From Gonapodya sp. JEL0774 (Eukaryota): a DNA stretch of 64,000 bases. The first letter of the stretch is position 1. The number at the start of each line of letters is the position of its first letter. This document shows, piece after piece, positions 1 to 12,001 of this stretch. Position numbers and translations under genes: made by a program. A model generated the notes under the pieces. The model saw nothing but the letters and a program-made list of their open reading frames with translations. It had not been told where the DNA came from and made no database searches. Where the stretch lies: positions 62,001 to 126,000 of the forward strand of contig JADIIX010000045.1 of assembly GCA_027604505.1 (NCBI GenBank), written 5' to 3'.

Positions 1-35
1 CCCGTCGATGTGACCGCGGTCGGGAGGAGAAGGGG

Positions 36-787
36 TCAATACTCGTAAACGGCGGTGAGGGTGGGAACGTGCGTTGGGGGACTGTCGGCAGGGTAGGGCA
101 GTTCTGAGAGAGATATGGGAGGGAAGCGTCGCGTGTTCTGGTGAGGGAGGCGGTATCAGAGTTTTGCGGAAACACAGAAACGTACTTCTTTACGTTCGCA
201 ATGATGACTGCGTCGCCGGTGAAGGGCACTGGCTTTATCGGGAGAGGCCTAGGGATAGAGAAGTCAACACAATTTGAGCGGATTCACTTTCTGGTCATTG
301 TGACGAAAATCCTCTCCAACTTCATTCTTCATTACTGCCACGGTGGGATCATAAAGGGGAAGAAAACAAGAGAGGAAAGTGGGTTATATAAAGGTAGCGC
401 AATGATAATTTTGGAAGGATGCGCGTGATTCCAGAAAATGTTCAGATGAGCTTTGGACCGATCAAACACCCCCACTCACCATTCCCATAACATTTCCAAA
501 TGTCCACATCACACTGCATTTCTGATTTTCGCCTTCGCACTCAAAGTCACTTGCTACAGCGATGCCCTCTCAAACCCAAACGCTGCTTCGGATCCGTCTC
601 GATCTCACCGACCCTTCGACCGAAAGTGACCCTGCTCGCGTGGGGAGGAGAATCTACTCAGAGATGGTCCGTGTTGAGTGAAGGTGCGATTGGCTTGTGG
701 ATAAGGTGGATGTGTACATTTCATTTGAAACAAGTGCAGCTGTTGCTCATTTGGAATCGGTTGGGCAGCTCTCGCGAAAAATGACAT
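36..787 (-). CDS. Possible small multi-exon hypothetical gene
   Basis: ATG at 787 (MSFFARAAQPIPNEQQLHLFQMK), several GT..AG-bounded segments, and terminal exons reading ...KPLPIKPVPFTGDAVIIANVKK/TRDASLPYLSELPYPADSPPTHVPTLTAVYEY* with TGA at 36-38. Middle exon phases could not be fully reconciled and no family was recognised. Confidence 0.3.
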
Positions 788-1021
788 GGTTGAGCTCTTT
801 TGCAAAACAACGTGCTTTGTTGGCTGGTTTGTTGGAACTGAGAGCACGATTTCTTTGTGCGAATGTGTAAATGAGCGACCACGTACAAAGAGATAAGTGG
901 ATAAATTCTCTGAGGACGACAGTGCAAGGAAGGCGCAATTTGCCGACTTTCGTGCGAGAGAAATTTTTCTCTTTGTTCGCATGCTGTTGTGCGAGCAGCT
1001 CTTGTTGTTTTCATATCACAA

Positions 1022-2443
1022 ATGGACGGTCAAGATAACCAGAATCGGACTCGTTCACTTTCCTTCCTCTCCTATCCCTCCTGTGCACACAATCACCAAA
1101 GGTCTTCAATCCCTCCCGGTGTTTCCTCGCCGCCCACCCTTTCAGTTCCATCCCCGCTCCCTCTTCAAACCCTCCTTCTCCAGTCCCTTCAACCCTCCCT
1201 CCACCAGCAGCTCCCCCGCCACTACTCTCTGCAACCAACCCACGTTTCCACGTCGCTCTCCCACACTCTTCTCGCCCTTGTCCTCACACCGTTATCTCGT
1301 CCATCACCTTCTGAACCACTCCCACCTCCACAGGAAGTTCTGCTCGCCTTCGGTCTCCTCTCACCCGGAGTTTTCGCGACACGCGCAGTGTCCCTGTTTG
1401 GAACGCAAGACTCCTTTACCGACGGGGCAGACCCGTTCCTCCCACCACACCTCTCGATAACTTCTCTCGCGGCGGGTCGGACCCACTCCCTGGTCAGCGT
1501 GTCACCCTCGCTATACCATTCCGCATCCTCTTCGCATCCCTCACCTCCAGCACATCCATCACCTCCAACCATTTTTGCTTTCGGCTCATCCCGCCTCGGC
1601 CAACTGGGCCTTCCCGGACCCAATTACACCCACCCCACCGCATCACCCTTGCCAGTGCCCTTTTCCCACCGTATCCTCTCCCTTCATGCTGGCCTAGACC
1701 ACAGCCTGGCGCTTGTGTCCATCCCGGACGGCTCCGCCCTCTCCCTCTTTTCGACCGGGTGGGCCACCGATGGGCAACTCGGCCGCCCGCCATCGTCCGC
1801 CGAAGCCGATGAGAATGGGTTTGACACGATGTGGGGTCTGGTACATCTTCCTAAGCCAATCACGCTCACATCAGCGTCACAAATCGCGACCGGAGCGGAC
1901 TTCACCCTCGTGCTCGACCCGACGACCTCCTCGATCACCGCATGGGGTAACTCAGAACATCACCAGCTGCCGCTCCCGTGCAACTCCCTTGCCGCAGACC
2001 ACGTTGCCTTACCGACTACCTCACCGAACCCTCTCCCAGCACCCCATGTACCCACCTCTCTCTCCGCTGGCTCCACTTTCTCTCTGCTCGTATCCTCACA
2101 AGGTCACCTTTTCTCCATGGGCCAGGGTGCTGGGCCGCTCGGGCTAGGCGCCGACGTGACGGAATCCCGGTCCCCTGGCCTCTTGACGTTACCCCTCCAG
2201 GACCCTGTGATCACAGCCCGTGCGGGCATCGACCGGGCTTACGCAGTGACGAAGTCCGGGAGGCTGTTTGGATGGGGTAGGAATGGGAACGGTTCTCTCG
2301 GTGTGGACCGAGGTGGGCGGGACAGTGGTGTGGGCAGCGATATCGTGTGGGAACCGAAGGAGATGGCGATGCCGGGGGGCTTGAGGTGGGAAGATGTGGC
2401 AGTGGGGGCTGATTGGGTGATTGGAGTGGCAATAGATGAGTGA
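1022..2443 (+). CDS. RCC1/BLIP-II repeat beta-propeller protein (RCC1L-like, possibly organellar)
   Basis: Long ORF 989..2443 (first ATG 1022) with repeated RCC1 motifs: AAGRTHSL, FAFGSSRLGQLG, HAGLDHSLAL, GWATDGQLG, ATGADFTL, AWGNSEHHQL, SAGSTFSL, GWGRNGNGSLG. The true start is uncertain. Confidence 0.85.
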   Translation: MDGQDNQNRTRSLSFLSYPSCAHNHQRSSIPPGVSSPPTLSVPSPLPLQTLLLQSLQPSLHQQLPRHYSLQPTHVSTSLSHTLLALVLTPLSRPSPSEPLPPPQEVLLAFGLLSPGVFATRAVSLFGTQDSFTDGADPFLPPHLSITSLAAGRTHSLVSVSPSLYHSASSSHPSPPAHPSPPTIFAFGSSRLGQLGLPGPNYTHPTASPLPVPFSHRILSLHAGLDHSLALVSIPDGSALSLFSTGWATDGQLGRPPSSAEADENGFDTMWGLVHLPKPITLTSASQIATGADFTLVLDPTTSSITAWGNSEHHQLPLPCNSLAADHVALPTTSPNPLPAPHVPTSLSAGSTFSLLVSSQGHLFSMGQGAGPLGLGADVTESRSPGLLTLPLQDPVITARAGIDRAYAVTKSGRLFGWGRNGNGSLGVDRGGRDSGVGSDIVWEPKEMAMPGGLRWEDVAVGADWVIGVAIDE

Positions 2444-2941
2444 CAGAAGTGAGTTTAGAGTGCAACAGTGGTGAACATGGGGCTTTCCAAGTGATTGTCA
2501 AAACTACGCCAGCGGATCAACTACTGCGTTTTTACTCACTCTCGTGTACATATGCAAGTGATCACCTAGCGCCATAGTGAAGGGCCTACGTGGAAAGCGT
2601 CAGACACTTTGGATCCCATGTTACAGGGCTTCCTTCATTACCGAGCATCTACGTCACCGGGGCCGTGTCGACGAATATTGAAAGAAGAAAAATATTGCTG
2701 CCATCATTTATATCATTGAAAGAATAAAGCTGGACATATTTATCATAACGCGCTGTTTGTTGCCAGAAAGATCATCAACGAACTGTGCGAAGAAGAATTG
2801 AAGAAGAAATTTCAAGCAATAAGGACCACCCCGACTTTGAATAACGTATCGCATTGTGTACAAACGCCTTCCATATCGTAGGACGTTAGTCCCCGCTGCG
2901 ACCAAGCTCCACCTCGACGTTCCACCCACCTCACTCAATCT

Positions 2942-5886
2942 TCACACCCTCCTCCTCTTCGTCTGGACATTTTCCACTTTCTCAGCCTTCCTCTTCCTCT
3001 CTCTAGCCACCTGCAGTTCCCACACATCGTCTGCTTTGTGATCGTGATTCTCTTCCCCATCTGGAACCCTCCCCGCTCCAGGCACTGCTCGAGGTGGAAG
3101 TCCTGTGAGAGATCTTGCGGGCGCAGAAATAGATCCAGCGCAAGGAGTGGACTTATAGCGATGTTCGGGCATGGGCATTTGAGTGAGGTTGTGTGACTGG
3201 GAGAAATGGATTGTGTCGCATCTAAGGCAGCGGATGTGAGCAACAAAAAGCTCAGAATATGAACAGAGAGGCACTCCCACACCCCTGATTCCAAACAATC
3301 TTACTCTTGGCCCCATCCCCTTTTTCTCATCTCCCTAACCCACATCTCGGCTGTGCCCCTTCCGTGTGGATCCCAAGCCAACAAACCACCAAATAACCCT
3401 TCGAGAAACAACAGATCATCTTCCTCGACGTCCCGCGTCAGCACACCTGACTCAATAGCTACTTGAAGCTGCTCGACGGTGGGATGAGCAGATCTAGTCC
3501 TCAAGAATGGGGCGGCGGTGTGGTAGCGGAGGTAGAGGAGGGCAGGAAGTGGCGTCGCCGTGCGGGAAGTTGCCGGGAGAGGCCGAAGAATGCGGCGGAG
3601 ATATTCAGGTGGATGGTGAGGGAGCTTCGACCAGATAGGAAGGAGGGGCACTAGGCACAGGATGTTAAGACAAACATGGTCAACATTGGTCGTTGTAACT
3701 TCGTCAATTTTGGTTGCCTTGAGAAAACACTCACTTTCGGGTTTTCCCAACACCCCGATCATCCGCACAATTTGTCCCGCCCGAATCTCCCTTCCGAAAG
3801 GATCTTTCTTGTCCTCCAAATTCTTCATCGGGCCGAATCCTGCAATACACTGAGAACTCTCCACACTGATTGAGCTCGAGGATCCTGAAAGAAGAATATT
3901 TGCTCCCATAATGGGGGTTGGTGTCGTAGACCTTGGAGACTGAGTTGTCTGGAACGCCGCTACGGGAGAAGATGGCACTGTCAATACTGATGCTGCAGCC
4001 GTCTGGAAACTCGATTCGCAGGTCGAAGCGGAATCCTCGAAGATTTCCGGAGATGGAACTTCACTATCATCTAAGTGAGCGAGTTCGTTGCAGTGGAGAG
4101 ATTCGTAGAGATCTATCGCGCGAGATCTGTGGGAAGTAGGGTGACCACTGAACAAGGGGAATCCACATAATAGCTCTGCGAGAACACAGCCAGCTGCCCA
4201 GAGATCTGACAGAGTGAGAAAAAACATGAAGCAAAGGGGAAATGAGAAAGAATGCATTGTGTTGCGATACCATTGAGAGTTCCGACGAGACACCTCACAC
4301 TCACCACATCCGATCCCGTATTCTTCGTTCCAACCATCAATGAGCATCTCAGGGGGCCTGTACCATGGACTTGCAACCTCTCCATCCTCCCACAGTGATT
4401 CGCGCTCTTTTGGAGTGCTGTACAAATGGCCAAATCGGGAGAGGCCGAAGTCCGCAAGCTTGAGTCGACCGTTTGAGGTAACAAGCACATTGGCCGGCTT
4501 GATATCCTAATAAATTCCATCGAAAACAAAGCAATGTCTTGAAATGCACATTCTTAAATAGGAGTTGCTGTATGCTCACTCTGTGGAGGACATTGTTCTT
4601 GTGCAAGTACGACAAGCCATCCAAGAGCTGTAGCGCTACGGAGCGAAGTATCGAGAAGGGAACAGGAAGACCTTTCGATGCGTGCATATGGATGATGCGC
4701 TGAAGGAGCAACATCGGGTATTGATTCGTTGATCCGGATCTACAAGAAACGACGTGACATACTTCGAGATCCCACTGCACATGCTCGTAGACTTCCACAA
4801 TATCCAGACCCTTGATCATGCTCACGAATTAGCTCAGATTTTCCTTCGTAAACTTTGGCAGTCACCTACAGGGTCCACGCAAGGCGCTTTCGGTTTGATA
4901 GGCCTGGGGTGCTCCCCGTTGCAGACCTGCTGGAGCGCAGTCTCAACGACAGTCTCGTGCGTGGAAGAATTCTGTAAATGGACTGCTAGCAGATTGATGA
5001 TGTTTTTGTGGTGTAGAGTGCGCAGAATCTGGCGGAACAAAAGTGAAACAGCATCAGCATGGATGTGAGCACAGCGAACTCCGAACTGTGTAGATAGATG
5101 TGCAGTAACAGATTCGTCCCAGATCGGTTTGCCCCATCTCTCTATGGCTCGAAAACGTACAGAAATCTCCCTGATTACAGCCTGTCGCACTCCAATGCAC
5201 CGAAGGCTTGGTTTCAACCGATTGTTCTCCTCGTGTATCCAGTCTTCCTTCTGGGTCTTGACTGCAACTCGAAGTTGCTGTTGTATGTTTGAAGGAAGCT
5301 TGTGGTTCGTGCTTTGAATGAGAATAGAAGGTCATGCAGTTGGTGCACCAAACAGACGGCACTCCAAGACAGCTACTCACAGATGGCCAACGTAAGGAAC
5401 GAAAGCTTCTGAAACTGTCCCGTAGGTACCTTCTCCGAGAGTCTTGGAAACTCGAATGCAGGCAAGAGGAACTTCTTGCACCTCCGTTTGAAGCTTCGTG
5501 CCTTCTTCAGCCTCTGGGTCCACCACCGGCGCCACAAATCCCGAACGCGGCTCCTTTCGACGAAGCCATCCATCTCGACCGAGGATTTGAGTGGCAGAGG
5601 CCTGCAGGCGCGAAAACGTTGCGTCCAGGCTTAACTTCGAGGGGGACGATGGAAGCTTGCGCGAGGCAATCCAGGACGCCGGAACCATGCCGTTGTCGCA
5701 ACTCGCTCTCTCGTGTGTCTCGAAGAGAGCTAAGTCATCGTTTGCGTCGAAAGCGGCGTCCGTATCTGAGGTGTGGGAAGGGGGGGGAGAGTAGGTAGCT
5801 CCAGAATGAAGAACAGCTGAAGCAGCCTTCCTCAGAGATTGGATTACGAAGCCAGGCAGTGCATTGGGGTGAGCTGTGCCGTCCAT
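2942..5886 (-). CDS. Cyclin-dependent kinase family protein, divergent CDK8/Ssn3-like, multi-exon
   Basis: Spliced motifs LGEGTYGTV, RVAVK, GVRQAVIREIS/ILRTLHHKNII, QLLDGLSYLHKNNVLHR/DIKPANVLV, KLADFGLSR, WYRPPEML, DLWAAGCVLAELL. An intron at 3222..3304 (GTAAGA..TAG) joins the last exon in frame, ending KRRRV* at 2942. The start (ATG 5886) is uncertain. Confidence 0.85.
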
Positions 5887-6341
5887 TTCGTCTGCAGAAA
5901 TGGAAATGGGTATAGTGCCAATGTGCGTGCCAATGGGGGAAGGGGGCGGCCATTGGCGAGGGTTCTTATATCGAAGAGTTTCCGATTCACACGCACCATT
6001 TTCGTCGAAAATCACCTCATTCAGAGGCCATATGGTCTTCTCTAAGGTTGATTATCATATGTCTTGCTTCTATTGCGAAGCCGAAGACTTTCCGGGGTGA
6101 TGTATGTACTTGTTATTCTGTCCGCGACCCATGCGGTCGTCAGCTCACTTTCTCGCCGAGTTTGTTCACTCAACAATTTTCCGCAGGAGCACAATGTGAG
6201 TCACAAGTGCTATTTTGGGGACGCCAGGAGCAAAATATGAGTCCCATGTGCTATTATGGGGACGGATAGGTTGACGGGCTGCGATACAGACATTCATGAC
6301 GATTGGGTGCATTGTCTTGACCTATTACAACATAACAAGAA

Positions 6342-6806
6342 TCACTCGGGCCTGAAATAGATCAGCTCCTGTATCTTTGCTGTCTGTCCTTCCTCCCAAT
6401 CTCGTGTTACCAGAACAACCTGGAGACCTTTCGTCCTGTATTCGAACCATATTTCAGTCACTTTCCCCCCACCTTTCCTTTCCGGCTCCCCAAGTGTTTT
6501 AACAATGTCTGCTCCGGTGACAGTTTCAGCGGACACGCCGATGTGAGGAAGGGGCGAAGTGCAGAAGACCGATTTGAACCCGGTCGACTTGGCATTCGGA
6601 GGTATTACCATGAGATGAATTTCATCCAAGAAAAGTGTTTCGTAGCTTTGGTCTGTGAGTGCTACGGAGAGTCCGATATCGTCGTAATTATGGAAAACGA
6701 CGTTTGGGGGGAATCGTTTGATAGTAGGGGTCAAGTCACGAGTCCGCGGGAAGAGCTCATGGAGACTTGACTGTTGGAATGATTTTGCTTTGAGGAGAGC
6801 TTCCAT
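6342..6806 (-). CDS. Hypothetical protein, about 154 aa, intronless
   Basis: ORF from ATG 6806 (MEALLKAKSF) with globular-looking sequence including IVKTLGEPERKGGG..IWFEY..KGLQV..DWE. Function not assignable. Confidence 0.65.
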   Translation of the reverse strand: MEALLKAKSFQQSSLHELFPRTRDLTPTIKRFPPNVVFHNYDDIGLSVALTDQSYETLFLDEIHLMVIPPNAKSTGFKSVFCTSPLPHIGVSAETVTGADIVKTLGEPERKGGGKVTEIWFEYRTKGLQVVLVTRDWEEGQTAKIQELIYFRPE

Positions 6807-6936
6807 ATGGCGTTGATGTGGTGTTGATTGAAGGATTGGGTCGGAATCAACAGACAAGTTTTCAGCCAGCTCTTCCACCTTTCCGTGAATTCTTCATATT
6901 CCTGATTCTTTGTGAATCAAACCCTACATCATATTG

Positions 6937-7917
6937 ATGGCCGCAATTAACTCGTCGGTCCCGCAAAAGCACGTTGAGGTTTTTCTCGGTGAGGATTGCA
7001 GAAATTGGTCGACCGTTACCAGCACAATTCACCCCATCCACATTCAGATTTCGACGGGACTATATGCCTTACCGACACCATCGATCACCTTCATAATGTG
7101 GCGCTGGGGGACCATGAGGGAAAGCGGCTGGAAGAGCTTTACGTGGCTGTCAAGAATGGGGACATGCTGTTTCGGTGAGCTGAGGATGAGGAGACGTGAT
7201 GAAGAATTCCACGGAGATTTCGAAATTTTGTGGTTCTGATATAGCTGCTCTTTGGTGTCCTTCGTCCTAGTGACTCGTACGACAAAATCGTCGAGGCATT
7301 GGACATGACGTGGGAAGAGGCGTTGGAAATTCTTGACGAAACCTGCGTACTGGATCCAGGACTGCCGGACTTTGTTGCTTGGTGCAAATCCAAAGGCTAC
7401 GGTATCACTGTCGTCAGTGGGTCAGTTGTCTCGTTCATAACCATGCTGTCATCGCAATACCATATCTCCTCCTGATTTCGGTTGCAGGGGTTTTACGGAC
7501 CTCATCCACCATATTCTAAGTCGCCACCTGTCGAAGGATCTTCTCGAATGTTTGAAGATTGAAGCATGCGATATTGAAGTCACCCCTATCCAGCAACCAG
7601 GCGGCAAACCTCGTGCGAAATGGACCATTACCCACCGTGACGATTCGCCCATCGGTTACGACAAGTCGCATACCTTGAAAGAGGTGGTTGCAAAATCGAA
7701 AAAGGATCGCGATGATGCTGAGGTTCTCATCGTGTTCGCTGGGGACGGGCTGAACGACGTTGTGCCGTCGGCTATCGCGGACTTTGTGTTCGCACGAAGG
7801 AATACCCGACTCGCACAGTGGTGGCGGGGACAGACTGGTGCGCAGGGAAAGCGAGGGAAGTGGTGGGAGTTTGATGATTTCCACGGTGTGCGCCAGGCGC
7901 TCGAGATGGTTCTCTAG
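6937..7917 (+). CDS. HAD-superfamily subfamily IB phosphatase (MtnX / yeast Pyp1-like)
   Basis: Motif I VFL/DFDGTICLTDT is split by the first intron. Also LDPGLPDFVAWC, TVVSG and motif IV FAGDGLNDV...ADFVFAR. Stop at 7917. Confidence 0.85.
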
Positions 7918-8289
7918 ATTATGCACTAAATAGAATCTAGAACGACGTTAGAGAAAAGAAATGGGAATGGTAGTCGTGCAGGAAGCTGCTATAACCTGGC
8001 TGTAGTGCATGGAGGAGAGACCACGGTGAGAGGTATCACGAAACTCGACCGATCCTCGACCAGGGCTCCCAGTTTATCAGTTTGTATTACCAAAATAAAT
8101 TGGAATCCACGCATGCAAGAGCTTTGTTTTCTTTCTTGACAATGGATGTACATGCATTCCGCCAACGACAAGCTGCGTACGCGTCGCCACCGTCATCTGT
8201 GACCTGACTCTACCGCATCTGTTGCATGATGCACTGCTGTCATCCCATAGTTAGCTACTGATGACCGCTTCCGACGCGACAAAAATACC

Positions 8290-10075
8290 ATGTCTTTGAC
8301 TCCTTTGATTGTCCTCCAACAACTGTGGAACCGTGTCGCCAATTCCTCCACGCTGCCCCCGGAACTCGTTCACAATGTCCATTTCTCTGGACCAAGCCGA
8401 ACACTCGCCAGTTCGTACAACCTAACACAACTCGCCCAAGGCGTCATTGGTGCATCTGGACTGGCCGCCATTGCAGCACATCGGTTGCGTGGTGGTCCGG
8501 ATCTTCAACTGGAGGTGGATTCGAAGCACGCAGCGATCGAATTTCATTCCGAGGGATACTGCAAACTTAAAGATGTGGAAACTGGCAAGATCGAGGAAGC
8601 TCCGTTTTTGTGGGACAAGATTGCCGGCACAGTGAGATCCATTTCTCCCTTTCTCTCCCGTTCCTTGACTCAACAACCGAACTACCCTTTTCAAAGTACA
8701 AAGCACGGGACAACCGCTGGCTGCGCCTACACACCAATTTCGCCCACCACCGAGACGGCGTTCTTGCACTTCTCAATCGTGGCCCTCCCGGTGGACCATC
8801 GCCACCCCAACCGGTGACAAACTCCCGTGATTCGGTCGCCCACGCCCTGGAAACATGGTGGACTGCAGCGGAATTCGAACAAGAAGCGAGCGAAGCTGGC
8901 ATGGTTGTGTCGATGATGCGGAGCGGGAATGAGTTTTGGGAGGAGCACCCACAAGGGAAGGCTATCAAAACACTGTTCGCAAGCAACGGCAGCATCCCGG
9001 TGAATGTTCGCCGAATAGATGACGGTAGCCCCGCGAAGCCGCTTCCGCAGTACACGAAAGGCCGGGTGGGGAAGCCCTTGGACGGGGTTCGAATTCTGGA
9101 CTTGACGAGGATCATCGCTGCCCCCGTTGGAGCACGCACCTTGGCAAAGTGAGTAACTCATCCAGAAAGAGCAAAATGTATCGGATGCGCTTCTCGTGAT
9201 GGAACTTCCTGCTTTCGTTTTCCAGCTACGGCGCGGAAGTCCTCCGTGTCTCCTCGCCAAACCTCCCTGACATCGAAGTCCTGGTTAAAGACTGCGGAAG
9301 GGGCAAACGTTCAACACACGTTGACCTAAACACATCCACCGGCCGGGACTCCTTGGCCCATCTCGTGGGTGGCGCGGACGTCATAATCCAGTCCTACCGC
9401 CCGGGAAGTCTCGACCGCCACGGCTTTTCTCCTTCCGATTGCTTCTCTCTGCGCCCAGGACTCGTATACGCATCGCTGAACGCATACGGGTCCACTGGAC
9501 CTTGGCGCGGCAAACGGGGCTTCGATTCCCTGGTGCAGACCGCGACAGGGTTCAATGTGGACGAAGCTCGGGCATATGCTGCGTACGAGCACATGAGCAA
9601 GGGTGGCGACCAGGTGTCGTTTGAAGCGAAGGACTCGGACCTCACGCCGCGAGCTTTCCCTTGTCAAGCTTTGGACCATGCGAGCGGGTACCTGCTCGCG
9701 TTTGGAGTCCAGGTCGCGATACTCCGCAGAGCCGTGGAAGGTGGTTCGTATACCGTCGAGGTTTCCTTGGCCGAGACTGCATTGTGGCTTCGGGAGCTCG
9801 GACAGGTGGGAGACCCGGCCGTCGCGTTTGGCGGTGCTGGTATGGGGGGAGGGGAGGACGGGCTCAAATTGCCGACCTTTGACGAGGCCTTAGCGGCAGG
9901 GTACTTGGAAGAACTTGAGTGCGGGTGGCGGCTGGAGGGAGGATCGGGTAAGAACTCGAAGATGGTGGCTGCGAAGCACGCTGCGGTGTTTACGACGGAA
10001 GATGGAGTGCCGATCCCCATGAAGGGAAAGTTCCCGGCTGTACCCAATGGAACACATCCTGCCGAGTGGTGGTAA
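8290..10075 (+). CDS. CoA-transferase family III (CaiB/BaiF) protein
   Basis: PLDGVRILDLTRIIAAPVGARTLA, GKRSTHVDL, ADVIIQSYRPGSL, GPWRGKRGFDSLVQTATG, PCQALDHASGYLLAFG. Two introns, near 8632-8695 and 9149-9225. Confidence 0.92.
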
Positions 10076-10211
10076 TTGTTCGCGTTTTACCCACCCCAAC
10101 ATGAGATGGCACTGTTTACTTATGTAGCGCGGACAATATGTGATGCTATTGAGAATGAATATAACATCAGATTTGGCTTCCTGTCTATATGTGCACGACC
10201 ATCCCGCGACA

Positions 10212-11705
10212 TCATTGTTGCTTCTCCTCGCCTTTTTCCGCACCACTGGCTACAGGCGCGCCCCTCGAGAACCGCGTGACACTCCTCCTGGCGCCGTCCA
10301 CAATCTCGGCCGACTTTTTCACCCCGGCACCAATAATGTCGGCAACGTCTTGGAAGAACACAATGAGACTTTGCTGCGTGGAGGATACAGAGGTGCGAGT
10401 GGAGGTGGTGACGGAGGTGATGGTCTGTGCATGTGGAGACGCAGCAATGAGGGACCGGAATTTCATTCGAAACACAAATCAGTGGTGAATCATACCTCCC
10501 GAGTAAATTTCTGTGCTTGGTCCCACGATTCGACGTATGGAGTCCCTCCCAGAGTTTTACGGACGACCTTGTCCGTTGTCTTATTCAGACACCAAAGGGA
10601 TCACCAGTAAGAAAAAAACAGAGGCGTTAACCCGATGAAATGTGCAATAATCACCTTAGGATAGAAGTAGAGCATCGCAGCGTCAAAAGCGAGAATGGGT
10701 GCGAGGAAGCGAACGGCGATGTTGCCTGAATGCAAAAACCAGACCGAGATGATTCGTGGTTTCCTCAAAAAACGCATCGACACGTCATAATTGCGACTCA
10801 CTCTTGCGAGCGAGTACCATCGAGCCAAATGTCGTAGTTGCTACGTACAGCGAACCCGGAGTGAAGTCTTCACCCTCCGAGACGACAGACCGGAATGCAG
10901 CTGGAAGCGTCATCATGAAGCTCAACTTCTGGAAAACAAAAAGAATATCTGGGCGGGGAACGTACCCAAAGTGTCCTGTTCGAATCTGATAACTCGGTTG
11001 GCGGAGGATTTGACAAAGGCCTGGGATGAACACGGTATCCCAATAGTCAGTCCCTAGCTGCATCTTCTCTGTCATATTCCTGCTCTGAGGAATAGCACGA
11101 CACGAAAAAGCAATCAAATCGGTCGACTCTTACATTCGTGGACTCGAAGTAGGTGGACAACGAGTGACGGGTCTAAGTTGAGAGGTCGACCGTTCAAGAG
11201 AAGAAACATCACGCGATCAAAGAGCCACGCTTACATTCCGAAGCTGGATCTCAAGAATCGTCGCCGACTCCACTGTGTCGTACTCTCGCTCCTTCCCATC
11301 ATAGATTGACTAAGGGCACATGTAAACAGTCAGTTGAGCCCTTTCCATCAAATCATCTAAGCCGGAATTGTTCCGTGATGTGGATTCCAAAGAATATACG
11401 TGCCTTCTTGGTCAATCGCTCTTCGGGAAACACTACCCCGGCAGTACCCAGCACTGCAGTGGAAAACCCTATGGCAAGGCCCGCAGCCCGGTGACTAGGG
11501 AGCAGGGACTAGCAGCCAGTAAGCGAGTTGGAAAGTGCGATCGAGGTGAGGAAGTTTCAAGAGGAATTGTGATTTGAAATGGGTGGAGGAGCAAAATCAA
11601 CGTTGAGGAGTTGAAATTCCGCAGAAATAGTCGACTACGAATCGCCAAGAATGAAATTTTGTTCATTCGAGTCACCTTCGCCCGTAATGCCATTGTGTTT
11701 GCCAT
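10212..11705 (-). CDS. MICOS subunit Mic26/Mic27 (apolipoprotein O family), many short exons
   Basis: Spliced product MANTMALRAK/SLLPSHRAAGLAIGFSTAVLGTAGVVFPEERLTKK/SIYDGKEREYDTVESATILEIQLRN/TRHSLSTYFESTN...PGSLYVATTTFGSMVLARK/SNIAVRFLAPILAFDAAMLYFYPK/TTDKVV. It matches the ApoO pattern IYD..LE.Q.R and PG.LYV....GS..AR...RF..P...YF.P.T. Confidence 0.75.
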
Positions 11706-12001
11706 CCGGGAGGAATGGTTGAGAAGAGTTTTGAAGTCTGTAGTTTGTGTCCGTGTCCGCAGGCGGGACTGTTCACATCGGCCTCTACCCACCTCGCAAA
11801 CATTCACTCAACGCAAAATACTTGAATGAGCTACCACGGCAGAGACGATTTAGATGGAATTGACCCGCGACAGTATGGAGTTCAGCTGGCGACTTTGCAC
11901 CGGTATGTAAGGGCTGTTTGTCAATCGTCTGTCTCTGAGAGCTGAGCCATCTATGTATGACCTCTCCGCACCCACCCTGCAACACTGAAAACCTCAATAG
12001 C

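Noticed and set aside
2942..3316. Separate small gene
   Set aside because: It is explained as the final exon of the CDK via the intron at 3222-3304.
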